From positions 32,001 to 96,000 of the IMG/VR virus record IMGVR_UViG_3300035703_000022: a DNA stretch of 64,000 nt, one strand, 5' to 3'. This DNA is from a virus. Under the pieces are notes generated by a model. That model had not been told where the DNA came from, searched no databases, and saw only the letters and a program-made list of their open reading frames with translations. The translations under genes were made by a program, and so were the position numbers. This document shows positions 27,823 to 38,259 of the stretch, one piece after another (the stretch's first letter is position 1; each line of letters starts with the position of its first letter).

Positions 27823-27962
27823 TTGAATACCGCAGTAACGCCTACAACTTTAGCATTAGGATTACGAGCAAGAGCAACTTGTCGTGCATCTTGGCAATCT
27901 TTTGCCTCCACAATTTCATCAAATACTTTACCAGCAACGTAAAGTTGAACTTTACACCTCAT
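27819..27962 (-). CDS. 47-aa conserved cyanophage protein (not in ORF track)
   Basis: MRCKVQLYVAGKVFDE...ALARNPNAKVVGVTAVFK; GGAG SD. Confidence 0.75.
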   Translation of the reverse strand: MRCKVQLYVAGKVFDEIVEAKDCQDARQVALARNPNAKVVGVTAVFK

Positions 27963-27985
27963 AATAGTATCTCCCTAATAAAAAT

Positions 27986-28240
27986 TTAATTAACAAATAC
28001 AGAATGACAATGAGGACATTTCCAATATTCTATCTTACCAGTTTCAGAATTTCTTCCACCTAAAAGGTTAGAATGAAAGGCTCCTGGTTCATAAGCATAA
28101 CTAATATCTTCAAGTATCTCATCGTCAACGAGGGTTTGATGACATGAAGGACAATTTCTCCATGTGAGAGGACTATGCATATTTCTTAGAGTTAGATCCA
28201 TATTTTGGTTGTTCTGAGTCAAATTTAATCCATTTAGCAT
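27986..28240 (-). CDS. Zn-ribbon hypothetical protein
   Basis: CPSC...WKCPHC. Confidence 0.6.
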   Translation of the reverse strand: MLNGLNLTQNNQNMDLTLRNMHSPLTWRNCPSCHQTLVDDEILEDISYAYEPGAFHSNLLGGRNSETGKIEYWKCPHCHSVFVN

Positions 28241-28406
28241 CTTTCATTTTAATACACATCAATAATGTTTCATGTTCTCTCCAATAAAGATCCCAATCAT
28301 TTTTTATTTTTGCATTATATCTTCTTTGATATGCACAACACCATACGTTATAGTAAATTTTTGCCTTCTCAGAAAGAGCCATTACCCAACCTCTCAAAAC
28401 ACACAC
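28173..28406 (-). CDS. hypothetical protein
   Basis: ORF in operon. Confidence 0.6.
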   Translation of the reverse strand: MCVLRGWVMALSEKAKIYYNVWCCAYQRRYNAKIKNDWDLYWREHETLLMCIKMKDAKWIKFDSEQPKYGSNSKKYA

Positions 28407-28623
28407 TATTAAATTTACCTTCTACTCCACGAAGAATAAGTTTAGTATGCGATGACTTTACAATTATTTCTTGAACATAATAAACCCCACCATTAACAAG
28501 AAGATTTTCTGGATCTGTATTATTTCCCCAATTAATTTGTTCTCTGGTACATCCAATAAATTTTACATAATCATCTTTACGAATTTTTCCATAAGAAAAT
28601 TTGGGTATACGAAGATCTTTCAT
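28369..28623 (-). CDS. hypothetical protein
   Basis: QINWGNNTDP...GKFNSVCF. Confidence 0.65.
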   Translation of the reverse strand: MKDLRIPKFSYGKIRKDDYVKFIGCTREQINWGNNTDPENLLVNGGVYYVQEIIVKSSHTKLILRGVEGKFNSVCFERLGNGSF

Positions 28624-28633
28624 TGTTTTATGG

Positions 28634-29806
28634 TTAGGTTAGATTCAGGAACTTTTCTTTATTATAGACACTTCCATCTATAAAGTCAATCTCATTATCC
28701 ATCAATATCCAATTTCCCAAACTATTATCCGAAGTTATCATATCTGCAAGTATGACTCTCTTTTTTTTATAAAGTGAAGAAATTTTACTCCAATTAGAAG
28801 TTGATCTAACTATAGTTTTTGAATAACAACCTACCATAAGATCAAAAATATTCTCAAAAACTCTAGGGATTGAAGTAGAATACTTTTTTTCAAGGATTTC
28901 TTTTGGAATTTTATCTTTGTGAAAATTCAAAAACATTTCAAAATAAAAATCTTTGTCTATTATATTTTCTGAAAAATTATCATAGTAATGTGAATAGTAC
29001 TTTTTGGGAATATCCGAACTTATATAAATCTTTTGATTAGGATTTTCTTTAAGGATATAATTAAGAATTAAATTAAAATAATCAGAGTCTGGTACTATTT
29101 TATAAGTGTTTACCCATTTGTAATTATAACAAATTTCTTCAGTAGAAGAATATTTTTCTTCATTATAAGTATCTTTTTCAATTAAACTATCATAATACTT
29201 ATAAGTTTTTGAATGTATATTAGACCCTAATCTAGTTCTATGAAAAATTTTCCAATAGTCCAACACAATTTCTTTTGTTAAACACTGTTCCATTTCATTT
29301 AAAAATTTTATCGTAGGAAATGTCCCTCGACCTCTTCGCAAATGTATGTAACAGCAATCGGAAAATTTTTGTTCTATAAAATCGGAAACTATTGGTAATT
29401 TTAATCTAATTTTAGATACGCCATCATGTATGACATAATTATTTGTGACACTTTGGCCTTCAAAAATGTTAGACATTTCTTCCAAAGAGAAATTAAAATA
29501 ATAATAACTATCCTTAGAAGGGGTCAAAAAACTATTATGTTTAGTTATCATAATAGTTTTAACATCTTCCCAAGTAATTGGAACTTTTTTTTTACATGTT
29601 CTAATATCCTGGGATGTAGTATTCGGCAAATCAATTAACAATAATTCTGGCCAATATTTTTCTTCTACGATTATTTGAATATCTTCGATAATTAAAGAGA
29701 GTTGATATGCTAGAACCCAATATTTAATTCTATCTCCAAATCCGTTGTCATATGGTGTTATACCAATTCCCCTCCAAGGTTCAAAACATATCAAATTGAT
29801 AGACAT
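28634..29806 (-). CDS. GT11/GT23-like (fucosyltransferase-fold) protein
   Basis: GFGDRI, IHLRRG, IYISSD, STSNWS. Confidence 0.6.
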   Translation of the reverse strand: MSINLICFEPWRGIGITPYDNGFGDRIKYWVLAYQLSLIIEDIQIIVEEKYWPELLLIDLPNTTSQDIRTCKKKVPITWEDVKTIMITKHNSFLTPSKDSYYYFNFSLEEMSNIFEGQSVTNNYVIHDGVSKIRLKLPIVSDFIEQKFSDCCYIHLRRGRGTFPTIKFLNEMEQCLTKEIVLDYWKIFHRTRLGSNIHSKTYKYYDSLIEKDTYNEEKYSSTEEICYNYKWVNTYKIVPDSDYFNLILNYILKENPNQKIYISSDIPKKYYSHYYDNFSENIIDKDFYFEMFLNFHKDKIPKEILEKKYSTSIPRVFENIFDLMVGCYSKTIVRSTSNWSKISSLYKKKRVILADMITSDNSLGNWILMDNEIDFIDGSVYNKEKFLNLT

Positions 29807-30060
29807 TATTCTTTAATATTATTTTTAAATTCCTTTTCCAATTCTGTTGCGAGTTTCATCGCTCGTCTCCACATTAAGTATTTTACTATAGGATTGCGAG
29901 GATTATTTAGTAACCACCACTTAGTTTTTTCATACTGGAACTTTAGAAGTTTACTTATATAATAAACTAACTGAGATATACTATTATCTGTTACAATAAA
30001 ATATGCACATATTATGAATAAAGAAAGCCAAATATAATAACTTTCCATTATCACTGCCAA
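29806..30060 (-). CDS. membrane hypothetical protein
   Basis: TM helix; NPRNPIVKYLMWRR. Confidence 0.7.
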   Translation of the reverse strand: MAVIMESYYIWLSLFIICAYFIVTDNSISQLVYYISKLLKFQYEKTKWWLLNNPRNPIVKYLMWRRAMKLATELEKEFKNNIKE

Positions 30061-30248
30061 CGAATAGTTTTTAGATACTCTAAAACTGTATCTCTAACGT
30101 CCATAAGTTCATGAAAACACTTTTGATCATGTGCAGATTGTCTCAATTCATGATCTGGTTTATGTACACTTTCAATAAACAAATCCAATCCACGATTCCA
30201 CTTATCCTGTTTTGATTCTGCATCATAAATGAAATAAGGTTTTGTCAT
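30051..30248 (-). CDS. hypothetical protein
   Basis: WNRGLDLFIESVHKPD. Confidence 0.7.
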   Translation of the reverse strand: MTKPYFIYDAESKQDKWNRGLDLFIESVHKPDHELRQSAHDQKCFHELMDVRDTVLEYLKTIRWQ

Positions 30249-30472
30249 TTTACTTCCTCCAAATCCTCGATGGACGATACTGGTACTTCGTGTTCTGCAA
30301 TTCGGTAATAATGTTCACCTTCTCGTACACCGAGATATTCAATGTCATCACAACTATGTTCTCTCAACCAAGCTTGAAGACGCAGATGCATCAGTTCAGA
30401 AGAATTTGGAACTTTCATATTAAATCACTAAACACTTAGTAATTATAAGTTATTTAGCCTATTTGTCAATAA

Positions 30473-30543
30473 TGGAGAATAGGAGAATCGAACTCCTAAT
30501 AAGTGCTTGCAAAGCACCCGTTATACCGTTTAACTAATTCCCC
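30473..30543 (-). tRNA. tRNA-Ala(TGC)
   Basis: cloverleaf, loop TTTGCAA, G3:U70. Confidence 0.9.
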
Positions 30544-30553
30544 ATGAAAAAAA

Positions 30554-30877
30554 TCATGACTTATGAGAAATGAACTCAACTTCAGTTTTCCATTTATATC
30601 CAGGAGTATCCCAAGTTTGATTATTATTAAAAATCTTATTATTATTTTCCAGTTCTTCTTCCGTTATTTCTGATTGATGTGAGAGAACAACATCCGAAAA
30701 AGTATTTCCAAAATATAGTTTATCAATTTTAGATTTTTCTGGATAATTTTCCAATAAATTTTTTGCGGAAAATCTAATTTTTTTGGGAAGATTTGGATAC
30801 TTTACTTCATCTAAAAGTAGTTTTAAAAACTCTCTTGTAGCTAGAAGAGAGTTATGTTCTTGTTGTGGCAAGGTCAT
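30554..30877 (-). CDS. hypothetical protein
   Basis: MTLPQQEHNSL...YP. Confidence 0.65.
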   Translation of the reverse strand: MTLPQQEHNSLLATREFLKLLLDEVKYPNLPKKIRFSAKNLLENYPEKSKIDKLYFGNTFSDVVLSHQSEITEEELENNNKIFNNNQTWDTPGYKWKTEVEFISHKS

Positions 30878-31112
30878 AAGTCATCTAGAATACTGATCAA
30901 TAATGAATAATACTTCATCTAGGTACTTGTTGGCAAGTTCTTTTTCTCCAGGATACCTATGTTCAAATTGAAGTTGATGTTTCAACTTCATCACTCTAAC
31001 TTTAAATTCATCTTTTAACAACTGATTCTTTGGCATAAAAACACAACATCAGATATTATATAGGATTGATTTTTTACCGGAAAAATTTTTACCTCCAAAA
31101 TGAAGCTAAAAG

Positions 31113-31253
31113 CTAATTTTGATTTTTCTTTTTGCAAGCACCACGAGCATATGCTCTCGCCATACTATCTACATGAGAACAAGGTTTCCCTTTCTCACCA
31201 CAGTAAGGACACTTGGCATCTTGGGGATCATTAGGGTACGAAAACTTCGGCAT
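31113..31253 (-). CDS. 46-aa Cys-containing small protein (not in ORF track)
   Basis: MPKFSYPNDPQDAKCPYCGEKGKPCSH... Confidence 0.5.
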   Translation of the reverse strand: MPKFSYPNDPQDAKCPYCGEKGKPCSHVDSMARAYARGACKKKNQN

Positions 31254-31554
31254 CGCTCTGATTTAATTGTTTTTGATTTTTAACACCAAATGCCTCATCA
31301 AATTGTTCATATATTTCCTTCCAAGAACCACCTACTCCACCATCCATATTCACAACAACTTCGTTAGTTGGAAGTGCTTTTGGAATCTCAATATCAACAA
31401 CAGGGCCCATCAGAAACTTATTACGAGTGTAAGTTCTATTTTCTGGATCCATAGAAACCATATGCAAAGCGTCTTGTTCATCACCACAATCTAAAAGTTT
31501 TTTTCCAGTCTTTTTATTCAGGACTGAAAAGTATTCTTCATTGTATTTTTTCAT
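31231..31554 (-). CDS. hypothetical protein
   Basis: ORF in operon. Confidence 0.7.
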   Translation of the reverse strand: MKKYNEEYFSVLNKKTGKKLLDCGDEQDALHMVSMDPENRTYTRNKFLMGPVVDIEIPKALPTNEVVVNMDGGVGGSWKEIYEQFDEAFGVKNQKQLNQSDAEVFVP

Positions 31555-31808
31555 TAATTAAATCCTCTAGGTGTACTTTTTTCTTTTCGTTTATCCAAAA
31601 CTTCAACATGACTCAAAAACTGTTCTGGAGTTTGCCACCATTCTTTTCTAAGATCTTCGAAATTATCAAAAATTACCGACTTATTACTAAAATAAACTAA
31701 TTTATAATCATGTCGATTATAGGGTTCATTTGATGTTTGTTGAAAATTTTTTGGAAGATTCATTATTTTTTTTTTCAATAGGTCTATACAGTTGGGGCCA
31801 AGTATCAC
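31554..31808 (-). CDS. hypothetical protein
   Basis: FQQTSNEPYNRHDY. Confidence 0.65.
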   Translation of the reverse strand: MILGPNCIDLLKKKIMNLPKNFQQTSNEPYNRHDYKLVYFSNKSVIFDNFEDLRKEWWQTPEQFLSHVEVLDKRKEKSTPRGFN

Positions 31809-31964
31809 GAATGATCTCTGCGAGTTTGTATGGAGTTTCAGAAGTTATCATAAATCTTGTGTAACGGACAATATAAACATAATGACACCAAAGAGTTGAA
31901 ATAAAAAAAGAATTAAAAGAAATGACATGAAAAGGAGTTCTTGTAGAACTCCCTTATTTAGTTT

Positions 31965-33026
31965 TTAGAGTGCATTACCTCGTGGTAGAACTTCCTCTGG
32001 GAACACAAAGTTCTCATGCGGTTGATCTACGGGTGCCATCCAAGCACGGAGACCTTCATTCAACAGAATGTTCTTAGTGTAGAAGGTTTCAAACTCTGGG
32101 TCCTCTGCTGCACGAATCTCCTGACTTACAAAGTCGTAAGCACGAAGATTAAGGGCAAGACCAATGATACCAATACTGGAAGTCCACAGACCCATGACAG
32201 GAACAAATAGCATGAAGAAATGAAGCCAACGCTTGTTACTAAAAGCAATACCAAATATCTGTGACCAGAAACGGTTTGCAGTAACCATTGAATACGTTTC
32301 TTCTTCCTGTGTAGGTTCAAATGCTTTGAAAGTGTTTGCCTTATCGCCATCTTCAAATAGAGTATTTTCTACAGTTGCTCCATGAATTGCACAGAGCAGT
32401 GCTCCTCCTAGTATACCAGCAACTCCCATCATATGGAAGGGGTTGAGAGTCCAGTTGTGGAAACCCTGAAGGAATAGAAGGAAGCGAAAGATAGCAGCGA
32501 CACCGAAAGAGGGTGCAAAGAACCAACTGGATTGTCCCAGAGGATACATCAGGAACACAGAAACAAATACTGCGATAGGACCAGAGAATGCGATTGCATT
32601 ATAAGGACGGATACCCACCAGGCGAGCAATCTCAAACTGGCGAAGCATAAATCCAATCAGAGCGAAAGATCCGTGGAGCGCCACAAAAGGCCAGAGTCCC
32701 CCAAGTTGGAACCACCTGACAATATCCCCTTGAGACTCAGGACCCCAAAGTAGAAGAAGAGAATGACCCATAGCATCTGCAGGCGTTGACACAGCTGCTG
32801 TAAGGAAATTAGCGCCCTCAAGGTAACTAGACGCCAACCCGTGGGTGTACCAACTTGTAACAAACGTCGTGCCAGTAAGCCAGCCACCAAGGGCAAGATA
32901 AGCAGTGGGAAAAAGTAATAGTCCAGACCAACCCACAAATACAAAGCGATCTCGTTTAAGCCAGTCATCCAGGACATCGAACCATCCTCGTTGTGAAATA
33001 GGTTGTGAAAGTGTTGAAGAAGTCAT
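31965..33026 (-). CDS. psbD: photosystem II D2 protein
   Basis: [22 protein letters not shown]...[10 protein letters not shown]. Confidence 0.99.
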   Translation of the reverse strand: MTSSTLSQPISQRGWFDVLDDWLKRDRFVFVGWSGLLLFPTAYLALGGWLTGTTFVTSWYTHGLASSYLEGANFLTAAVSTPADAMGHSLLLLWGPESQGDIVRWFQLGGLWPFVALHGSFALIGFMLRQFEIARLVGIRPYNAIAFSGPIAVFVSVFLMYPLGQSSWFFAPSFGVAAIFRFLLFLQGFHNWTLNPFHMMGVAGILGGALLCAIHGATVENTLFEDGDKANTFKAFEPTQEEETYSMVTANRFWSQIFGIAFSNKRWLHFFMLFVPVMGLWTSSIGIIGLALNLRAYDFVSQEIRAAEDPEFETFYTKNILLNEGLRAWMAPVDQPHENFVFPEEVLPRGNAL

Positions 33027-33108
33027 AACCTCCCTAGTGATTTCTCATATTTATGTTAACATAAGTTAACAAAGAGGTCAATGAGTGTTTTTACTCAATC
33101 AAAAGACT

Positions 33109-34143
33109 TTATCTAACGTGATGTCCTCCGAACATGTAACGCATTCCGTTTAAGATTTTTGCTCCGAACGATCCGAGATTGCGTGAGTTAAATCTTTCAA
33201 ATAACGCAGTAGTAATGACAGGAGCGGGAATCCCCAAGTCCACAGCGGCAGAAACAGTCCAACGACCCTCACCACTATCGGAAACTCCTCCAGAGAATTG
33301 TTTAAGGCTACCATCCCTGCGTAACACATCAGCAGTAAGATCGAGTAACCAACTACCAACCACGCTACCACGACGCCATAACTCAGCAACTTCAGCAACG
33401 TCAATATCATAGCAATAACTTTCTGGGTCTGCCATTGGAGCAACCTCAGCATCTCCTTCTCTGACATACTGAGCACCTGCATTAGCATTCTTGAGAATAT
33501 TGAATCCTTCGGCATATGCTTGCATAATGCCATACTCAATACCGTTATGCACCATCTTTACAAAGTGACCTGCACCTGAACCACCGCAATGCAACCAACC
33601 GTGTTCTGCAGAGGTTATGTCTGAGTCAAAGTTAGTTCTCGGGGCACTTGAGATGCCTGGGGCGAGTGCATTAAAAATCCTTGCACAAGTGGCGACCGCA
33701 GTATCTCCGCCACCAACCATAAGACAGTATCCACGATCCAAACCGTAAACACCACCGCTAGTGCCACAATCAATATATTGGATACCCATCTTTGCCAGAC
33801 GTTCTGCTCTCTTCCGACTGTCTTTAAAATTGCTATTGCCATGATCAATAATAATATCTCCCTCACTACAATATCGTAATAACTCATTGATTGTCTCCTC
33901 TACTGTTTCGGCAGGAACAACCATTTGAAAAATTCCCGGTTGAGTGCCACCTTTTTTATTTTGTTTAACTACTTTAACAAGATTTTCAATAGTAGTTGCA
34001 ATTCCATCCACATATCCCTTTTCATATGCTTCGTTTGCTTTCTCATAATTCCTCCGATAACCCCAAACTTCTATTCCTGCTTTCATCATACGACGGGACA
34101 TTCCTTCACCCATTCGCCCTAGTCCAATTAATCCTACTTTCAT
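33109..34143 (-). CDS. gnd: 6-phosphogluconate dehydrogenase (short type)
   Basis: GLGRMG, DHGNS, GHFVKMVHNGIEYG, DSGEGRW, FGGH. Confidence 0.96.
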   Translation of the reverse strand: MKVGLIGLGRMGEGMSRRMMKAGIEVWGYRRNYEKANEAYEKGYVDGIATTIENLVKVVKQNKKGGTQPGIFQMVVPAETVEETINELLRYCSEGDIIIDHGNSNFKDSRKRAERLAKMGIQYIDCGTSGGVYGLDRGYCLMVGGGDTAVATCARIFNALAPGISSAPRTNFDSDITSAEHGWLHCGGSGAGHFVKMVHNGIEYGIMQAYAEGFNILKNANAGAQYVREGDAEVAPMADPESYCYDIDVAEVAELWRRGSVVGSWLLDLTADVLRRDGSLKQFSGGVSDSGEGRWTVSAAVDLGIPAPVITTALFERFNSRNLGSFGAKILNGMRYMFGGHHVR

Positions 34144-34350
34144 TTAACCCTCCCAAGATTCATATTCTTCTCTAAAATACCTATCAACCTTATTTAAATC
34201 ATCAAGATGAATATCACAAGTATAGTTATGATCATCACACCACTGTAAAGCAAATGCATGAAATCTTTCTTCACTTTTTATTTTATTAACTCCATATATT
34301 CTTGATAATGATGACATTACAAAATGCCAACATTGATGCTCTTTCTTCAT
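34144..34350 (-). CDS. hypothetical protein
   Basis: ORF in operon. Confidence 0.65.
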   Translation of the reverse strand: MKKEHQCWHFVMSSLSRIYGVNKIKSEERFHAFALQWCDDHNYTCDIHLDDLNKVDRYFREEYESWEG

Positions 34351-34508
34351 GATCTAGTTGGAATATATTCAATATCTTTAAGTAGTTCCTGAAGAATTTC
34401 TCCATACTCTTTAAATCTTTTATCACCAGCAATAAAACATCTTTGTCTAGTCCAAATAGCATCTGCCATTAATTTAAGTTGATCTTCGGTGAAAGCGAAT
34501 TCTTTCAT
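34347..34508 (-). CDS. hypothetical protein (start probably MKEFAF)
   Basis: ATGA overlap with talC stop. Confidence 0.6.
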   Translation of the reverse strand: MKEFAFTEDQLKLMADAIWTRQRCFIAGDKRFKEYGEILQELLKDIEYIPTRS

Positions 34509-35179
34509 TTGGTTTCTCCAATTTCTTTTTGCTTTAGAACTTGATCCCAATCTTTTTGGAATAATTCCAATCCTTTTTCAGTCATAATATTCTTATACAT
34601 TCCCCAAAATACAACTGGAGGAATAGTAACTACATCAGCACCTGCAAGAGCAGATTGTTCTACTTGTCTTACATCACGAAGAGATGCTGCAAGGATTTGT
34701 GTAGATGTTCCTGAGTAATCAAATGCCTTACGAATATTTTTGATAAGTTCAATTCCATCAATTGAATTATCCATCCATCTTCCAACGAATGGTGAGATGA
34801 ATGTTGCACCTGCTTTGGATGCAAGAATTGCTTGTGCTACTGAGAACACTAAGGTTACATTAACTTGAATTCCTTTATCAGAAAGAAACTTACATGCCTT
34901 AAGTCCCTCTACAGTACAAGGAACTTTAATTGTAACAGAGGGTGCGATTGAATAATACTTTTGTGCTTGTGAAAGCATTTCTTCTGAAGTGTCAGCAACA
35001 ATTTCTGCGGAAATACTTTGTAAATTTGAAAAGTCTGTTGCAATCTCTTGAATTACTTGTAGTAGTTGTCTTCCGCTTTTGAGAATTAAAGATGGATTTG
35101 TAGTCACTCCATCCAATAATCCAGTATCATATGTTGATTTAATTAATGAGACATCGGCAGTATCTAGAAAAATCTTCAT
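34505..35179 (-). CDS. talC: transaldolase (TalC/MipB family)
   Basis: IFLDTAD, GVTTNPSL, TIKVP, NVTLVFS, SPFVGR. Confidence 0.96.
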   Translation of the reverse strand: MKIFLDTADVSLIKSTYDTGLLDGVTTNPSLILKSGRQLLQVIQEIATDFSNLQSISAEIVADTSEEMLSQAQKYYSIAPSVTIKVPCTVEGLKACKFLSDKGIQVNVTLVFSVAQAILASKAGATFISPFVGRWMDNSIDGIELIKNIRKAFDYSGTSTQILAASLRDVRQVEQSALAGADVVTIPPVVFWGMYKNIMTEKGLELFQKDWDQVLKQKEIGETK

Positions 35180-35255
35180 ATAAAAAGATAAAACTCATCA
35201 CTAATTATAATAAGTTCTCACTAAGATGTTAGATTTTGTTATGAATTAAAGACAT

Positions 35256-35283
35256 AAAAAAAGAGGGTTGTCACACCCTCTTA
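35256..35283 (-). terminator. psbA terminator
   Basis: AAGAGGGTGTGACAACCCTCTT followed by T run. Confidence 0.75.
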
Positions 35284-35311
35284 TTATATCAGTTATTCAG
35301 TTTTTACTTTA

Positions 35312-36394
35312 TCAACCGATGGTAGGAGCAGTGAGAGCAACAGGGGTGCTTTCAGCAGCAGCAAGATCCAACGGAAAATTGTGGGCGTTGCGCTCGTGCA
35401 TTACCTCCATTCCGAGTCCAGCACGGTTCAGGACATCAGCCCAGGTATTCAGAACACGACCCTGACTATCAACGATAGACTGGTTGAAGTTGAAACCGTT
35501 GAGGTTAAATGCCATGGTGCTAACACCAAGAGCAGTGAACCAGATACCAACTACAGGCCAGGCAGCAAGGAAGAAGTGAAGTGAACGAGAGTTGTTGAAC
35601 GAAGCGTATTGGAAGATCAGACGACCAAAGTAACCGTGTGCAGCAACAATGTTGTAGGTCTCTTCTTCTTGACCGAACTTGTAACCATAGTTCTGTGACT
35701 CGTTCTCAGTGGTTTCACGAACCAGTGAGGAAGTAACCAGAGAACCGTGCATAGCACTGAACAGAGAACCACCGAAGACACCAGCAACTCCAAGCATGTG
35801 GAAGGGGTGCATCAGGATGTTGTGTTCTGCCTGGAACACAAGCATATAGTTGAAAGTACCAGAGATACCCAAAGGCATCGCATCAGAGAAAGAACCTTGA
35901 CCGAAAGGATAGACCAAGAACACTGCAGAAGCAGCAGCAACAGGTGCGCTATAAGCAACACAGATCCAAGGACGCATACCTAGACGGTAAGAGAGTTCCC
36001 ACTCGCGGCCCATGTAGGCGTAGATGCCAATCAGGAAGTGGAAGACAACAAGTTGGAAAGGACCACCGTTGTAAAGCCACTCATCTAGGGAAGCAGCTTC
36101 CCAGATAGGATAAAAGTGCAGTCCAATTGCGTTGGACGAAGGAATAACAGCACCAGAGATGATGTTGTTTCCGTACATGAGTGAACCAGCAACGGGTTCA
36201 CGGATACCATCAATGTCCACAGGAGGAGCACCGATGAATGCGATAATGAAACAAGTTGTAGCAGCAAGTAGGCAAGGAATCATCAGAACTCCGAACCAAC
36301 CCACATAAAGGCGGTTGTCGGTTGACGTAACCCAGTTGCAGAACTGTTCCCAAATATTCGATTGTGATTGTTGACGTGAAAGTGTAGCAGTCAT
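35312..36394 (-). CDS. psbA: photosystem II D1 protein (no intron)
   Basis: NRLYVGWFG...[13 protein letters not shown]. Confidence 0.99.
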   Translation of the reverse strand: MTATLSRQQSQSNIWEQFCNWVTSTDNRLYVGWFGVLMIPCLLAATTCFIIAFIGAPPVDIDGIREPVAGSLMYGNNIISGAVIPSSNAIGLHFYPIWEAASLDEWLYNGGPFQLVVFHFLIGIYAYMGREWELSYRLGMRPWICVAYSAPVAAASAVFLVYPFGQGSFSDAMPLGISGTFNYMLVFQAEHNILMHPFHMLGVAGVFGGSLFSAMHGSLVTSSLVRETTENESQNYGYKFGQEEETYNIVAAHGYFGRLIFQYASFNNSRSLHFFLAAWPVVGIWFTALGVSTMAFNLNGFNFNQSIVDSQGRVLNTWADVLNRAGLGMEVMHERNAHNFPLDLAAAESTPVALTAPTIG

Positions 36395-36399
36395 TTGTT

Positions 36400-36500
36400 T
36401 AAAACGTTAGTAAGACCATCAGGGAAATGGTGGAGTTACTATGTTCCCGCCACCCTCAGGCGGGATATGAGAGACGTAATTTATACACCCTAGAGGTCCC
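36400..36500 (-). ncRNA. structured psbA 5' leader, PhotoRC-II-like RNA
   Basis: TCCCGCC-TGAGGGT-GGCGGGA and ACCAT-TTCCCTG-ATGGT hairpins directly before psbA; family name from recall. Confidence 0.6.
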
Positions 36501-36632
36501 GGTTTGCGGGGTGTTTATCAATGTTAAGATTTATGAGAAATCCGTAACATTTGTTTACCTATTTATCATACTACGGTTTCCAGAAAGAGTCAAGAGCCTA
36601 GACAAAAAAAAATCCCCTTGCGGGAGAAGAGA

Positions 36633-37169
36633 TCAAACTGACAATGCAGGGGTAGAAGTTTTTACATATTCCAGAAGTTTTTCGGGAGTAGACCATACAT
36701 AAGGATCTTCAGAAGCATTATCTTGTTTACCATCTTCCATGAAGATTTGTTCGATCACACCGTCATTAATGACAGCAGCATAACGCCAAGAACGAGATGC
36801 GAAACCAAGATTAAACTTCTTTACGAGCATACCCATAGCACTAGTGAATTCACCGTTACCATCGGGAATGAGTTTTACATTCTCAATATTCTGGTCTTTA
36901 GCCCATGCGTTCATCACAAAGGCATCATTAACAGACAGACAATAGATTTCATCAATGCCTGATTCTTTAAATTCGTTGTAGTTCTCCTCATAACCAGGGA
37001 GTTGATAAGCACTACAAGTAGGAGTGAATGCTCCAGGAAGTGCAAAGAGAACTACTTTCTTTCCGTTGAAAAGTTCTTCACTAGATCGAGTTACGAACTC
37101 ACCATTTTCACGGAACATAAAGTCCACTGAAGGGACTATAGATTTTTCTTCAGGTGTTAGTTGAGGCAT
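36633..37169 (-). CDS. peroxiredoxin (Prx5/type II)
   Basis: PGAFTPTCS, SVNDAFVM, RSWRYA. Confidence 0.93.
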   Translation of the reverse strand: MPQLTPEEKSIVPSVDFMFRENGEFVTRSSEELFNGKKVVLFALPGAFTPTCSAYQLPGYEENYNEFKESGIDEIYCLSVNDAFVMNAWAKDQNIENVKLIPDGNGEFTSAMGMLVKKFNLGFASRSWRYAAVINDGVIEQIFMEDGKQDNASEDPYVWSTPEKLLEYVKTSTPALSV

Positions 37170-37356
37170 GTTTTTGTTTTAATTCAGGATTAGGGGTACA
37201 AATAAGTTTTTCTTTAACAGGTTTAATAACGATAAACTTATCATTTTTAAGAGTGCCTGCGATCTTGACTTCTAGTTTTACATCTCGATCCCAAGCACCC
37301 GATTCTATAAGTTCTTGGAGGGCAAGATTGAATTGCCCAATCATTCCCGCACTCAC
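37150..37356 (-). CDS. hypothetical protein
   Basis: ORF between petF and prx. Confidence 0.6.
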   Translation of the reverse strand: MSAGMIGQFNLALQELIESGAWDRDVKLEVKIAGTLKNDKFIVIKPVKEKLICTPNPELKQKHASTNT

Positions 37357-37646
37357 AGGTTTTCTTCCTGTTCAGTAAGAATTACACAATCAGATTTGGG
37401 ATAAGCAACACAAGTGAGCACCCAACCATCTGTTAGTTGATCATCATCGAGGAACGATTGCTCCTCGTTATCAACTTCACCTTCAATCAGTTTACCAGCA
37501 CAAGCAGAGCAAGCACCAGCTTTACATGACGAAGGAAGGTCTACGCCTGCTTCTTCAGCAGCTTCAAGAATGTATTGATCCTCAGCACACTGAATAGTTT
37601 GCTCAGTGCCATCGGGGGAACGAAGGGTAATGTTATAAACAGTCAT
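37353..37646 (-). CDS. petF: plant-type [2Fe-2S] ferredoxin
   Basis: [13 protein letters not shown]...LTCVAYP. Confidence 0.97.
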   Translation of the reverse strand: MTVYNITLRSPDGTEQTIQCAEDQYILEAAEEAGVDLPSSCKAGACSACAGKLIEGEVDNEEQSFLDDDQLTDGWVLTCVAYPKSDCVILTEQEENL

Positions 37647-37713
37647 ATTTAAAAAATAAATTTCAAAAATAGTTTATCAAGAAATTATTAAAGAGTCAAC
37701 CTGTCGTTAAGAA

Positions 37714-37833
37714 TCACCAAACACCAGGAATGATCTGTCCAGTGGTGAAGTAAGTACCAACAGCAATGACGAAACCGAGCATTGCCAGACGAGCGTTGAG
37801 GATCTCTGCCTCGGGGGTAAATCCAAATTTCAT
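37714..37833 (-). CDS. hli: high-light inducible protein (39 aa; not in ORF track)
   Basis: AEILNARLAMLGF...TGQIIPG. Confidence 0.92.
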   Translation of the reverse strand: MKFGFTPEAEILNARLAMLGFVIAVGTYFTTGQIIPGVW

Positions 37834-37844
37834 TTTAGTTCTCC

Positions 37845-37931
37845 TTAGTAAGTTTCAGAAAGTTTTTCTACAGAAATTGCCAACAAAACAAAGAAGGCAA
37901 TACTAGTAATTGTAAAGATTACTTCAGTCAT
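37845..37931 (-). CDS. 28-aa single-TM peptide
   Basis: MTEVIFTITSIAFFVLLAISVEKLSETY. Confidence 0.6.
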   Translation of the reverse strand: MTEVIFTITSIAFFVLLAISVEKLSETY

Positions 37932-37939
37932 CGTCCGTC

Positions 37940-38143
37940 TCAGAAGATACCGAAGAAGAGTTTATTGGTGAATAGATAAGAAATTGCACCAGCAATAATA
38001 CCCATCATAGCCCAACGACCATTATACATTTCAGTGGTCTGCATAGGAGTCAAAAGGCCTTTACGGTTATACTCCTGATAAACCATTTGAGGTTCTACTG
38101 CCCACATGTTTTGTTGACCACGATCATTAGTTGTTACAGTCAT
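37940..38143 (-). CDS. hli: high-light inducible protein
   Basis: NMWAVEP, EMYNGRWAMMG. Confidence 0.9.
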   Translation of the reverse strand: MTVTTNDRGQQNMWAVEPQMVYQEYNRKGLLTPMQTTEMYNGRWAMMGIIAGAISYLFTNKLFFGIF

Positions 38144-38259
38144 GTTACTTTTGTAAAGATTTACAACAATATTATATAGGAAATCTAAAGAAAAAACAAG
38201 GGGGGAAACCCACCCTTGTTAGAGAATTGTGACTTTAGTAAGTATAAATGATTACTATA

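Noticed and set aside
30473-30543. Reading this tRNA as Cys(GCA)
   Set aside because: The 7-nt loop TTTGCAA centres on TGC and G3:U70 marks Ala
35312-36394. Group I intron or homing endonuclease in psbA/psbD
   Set aside because: Both ORFs are continuous and of normal length
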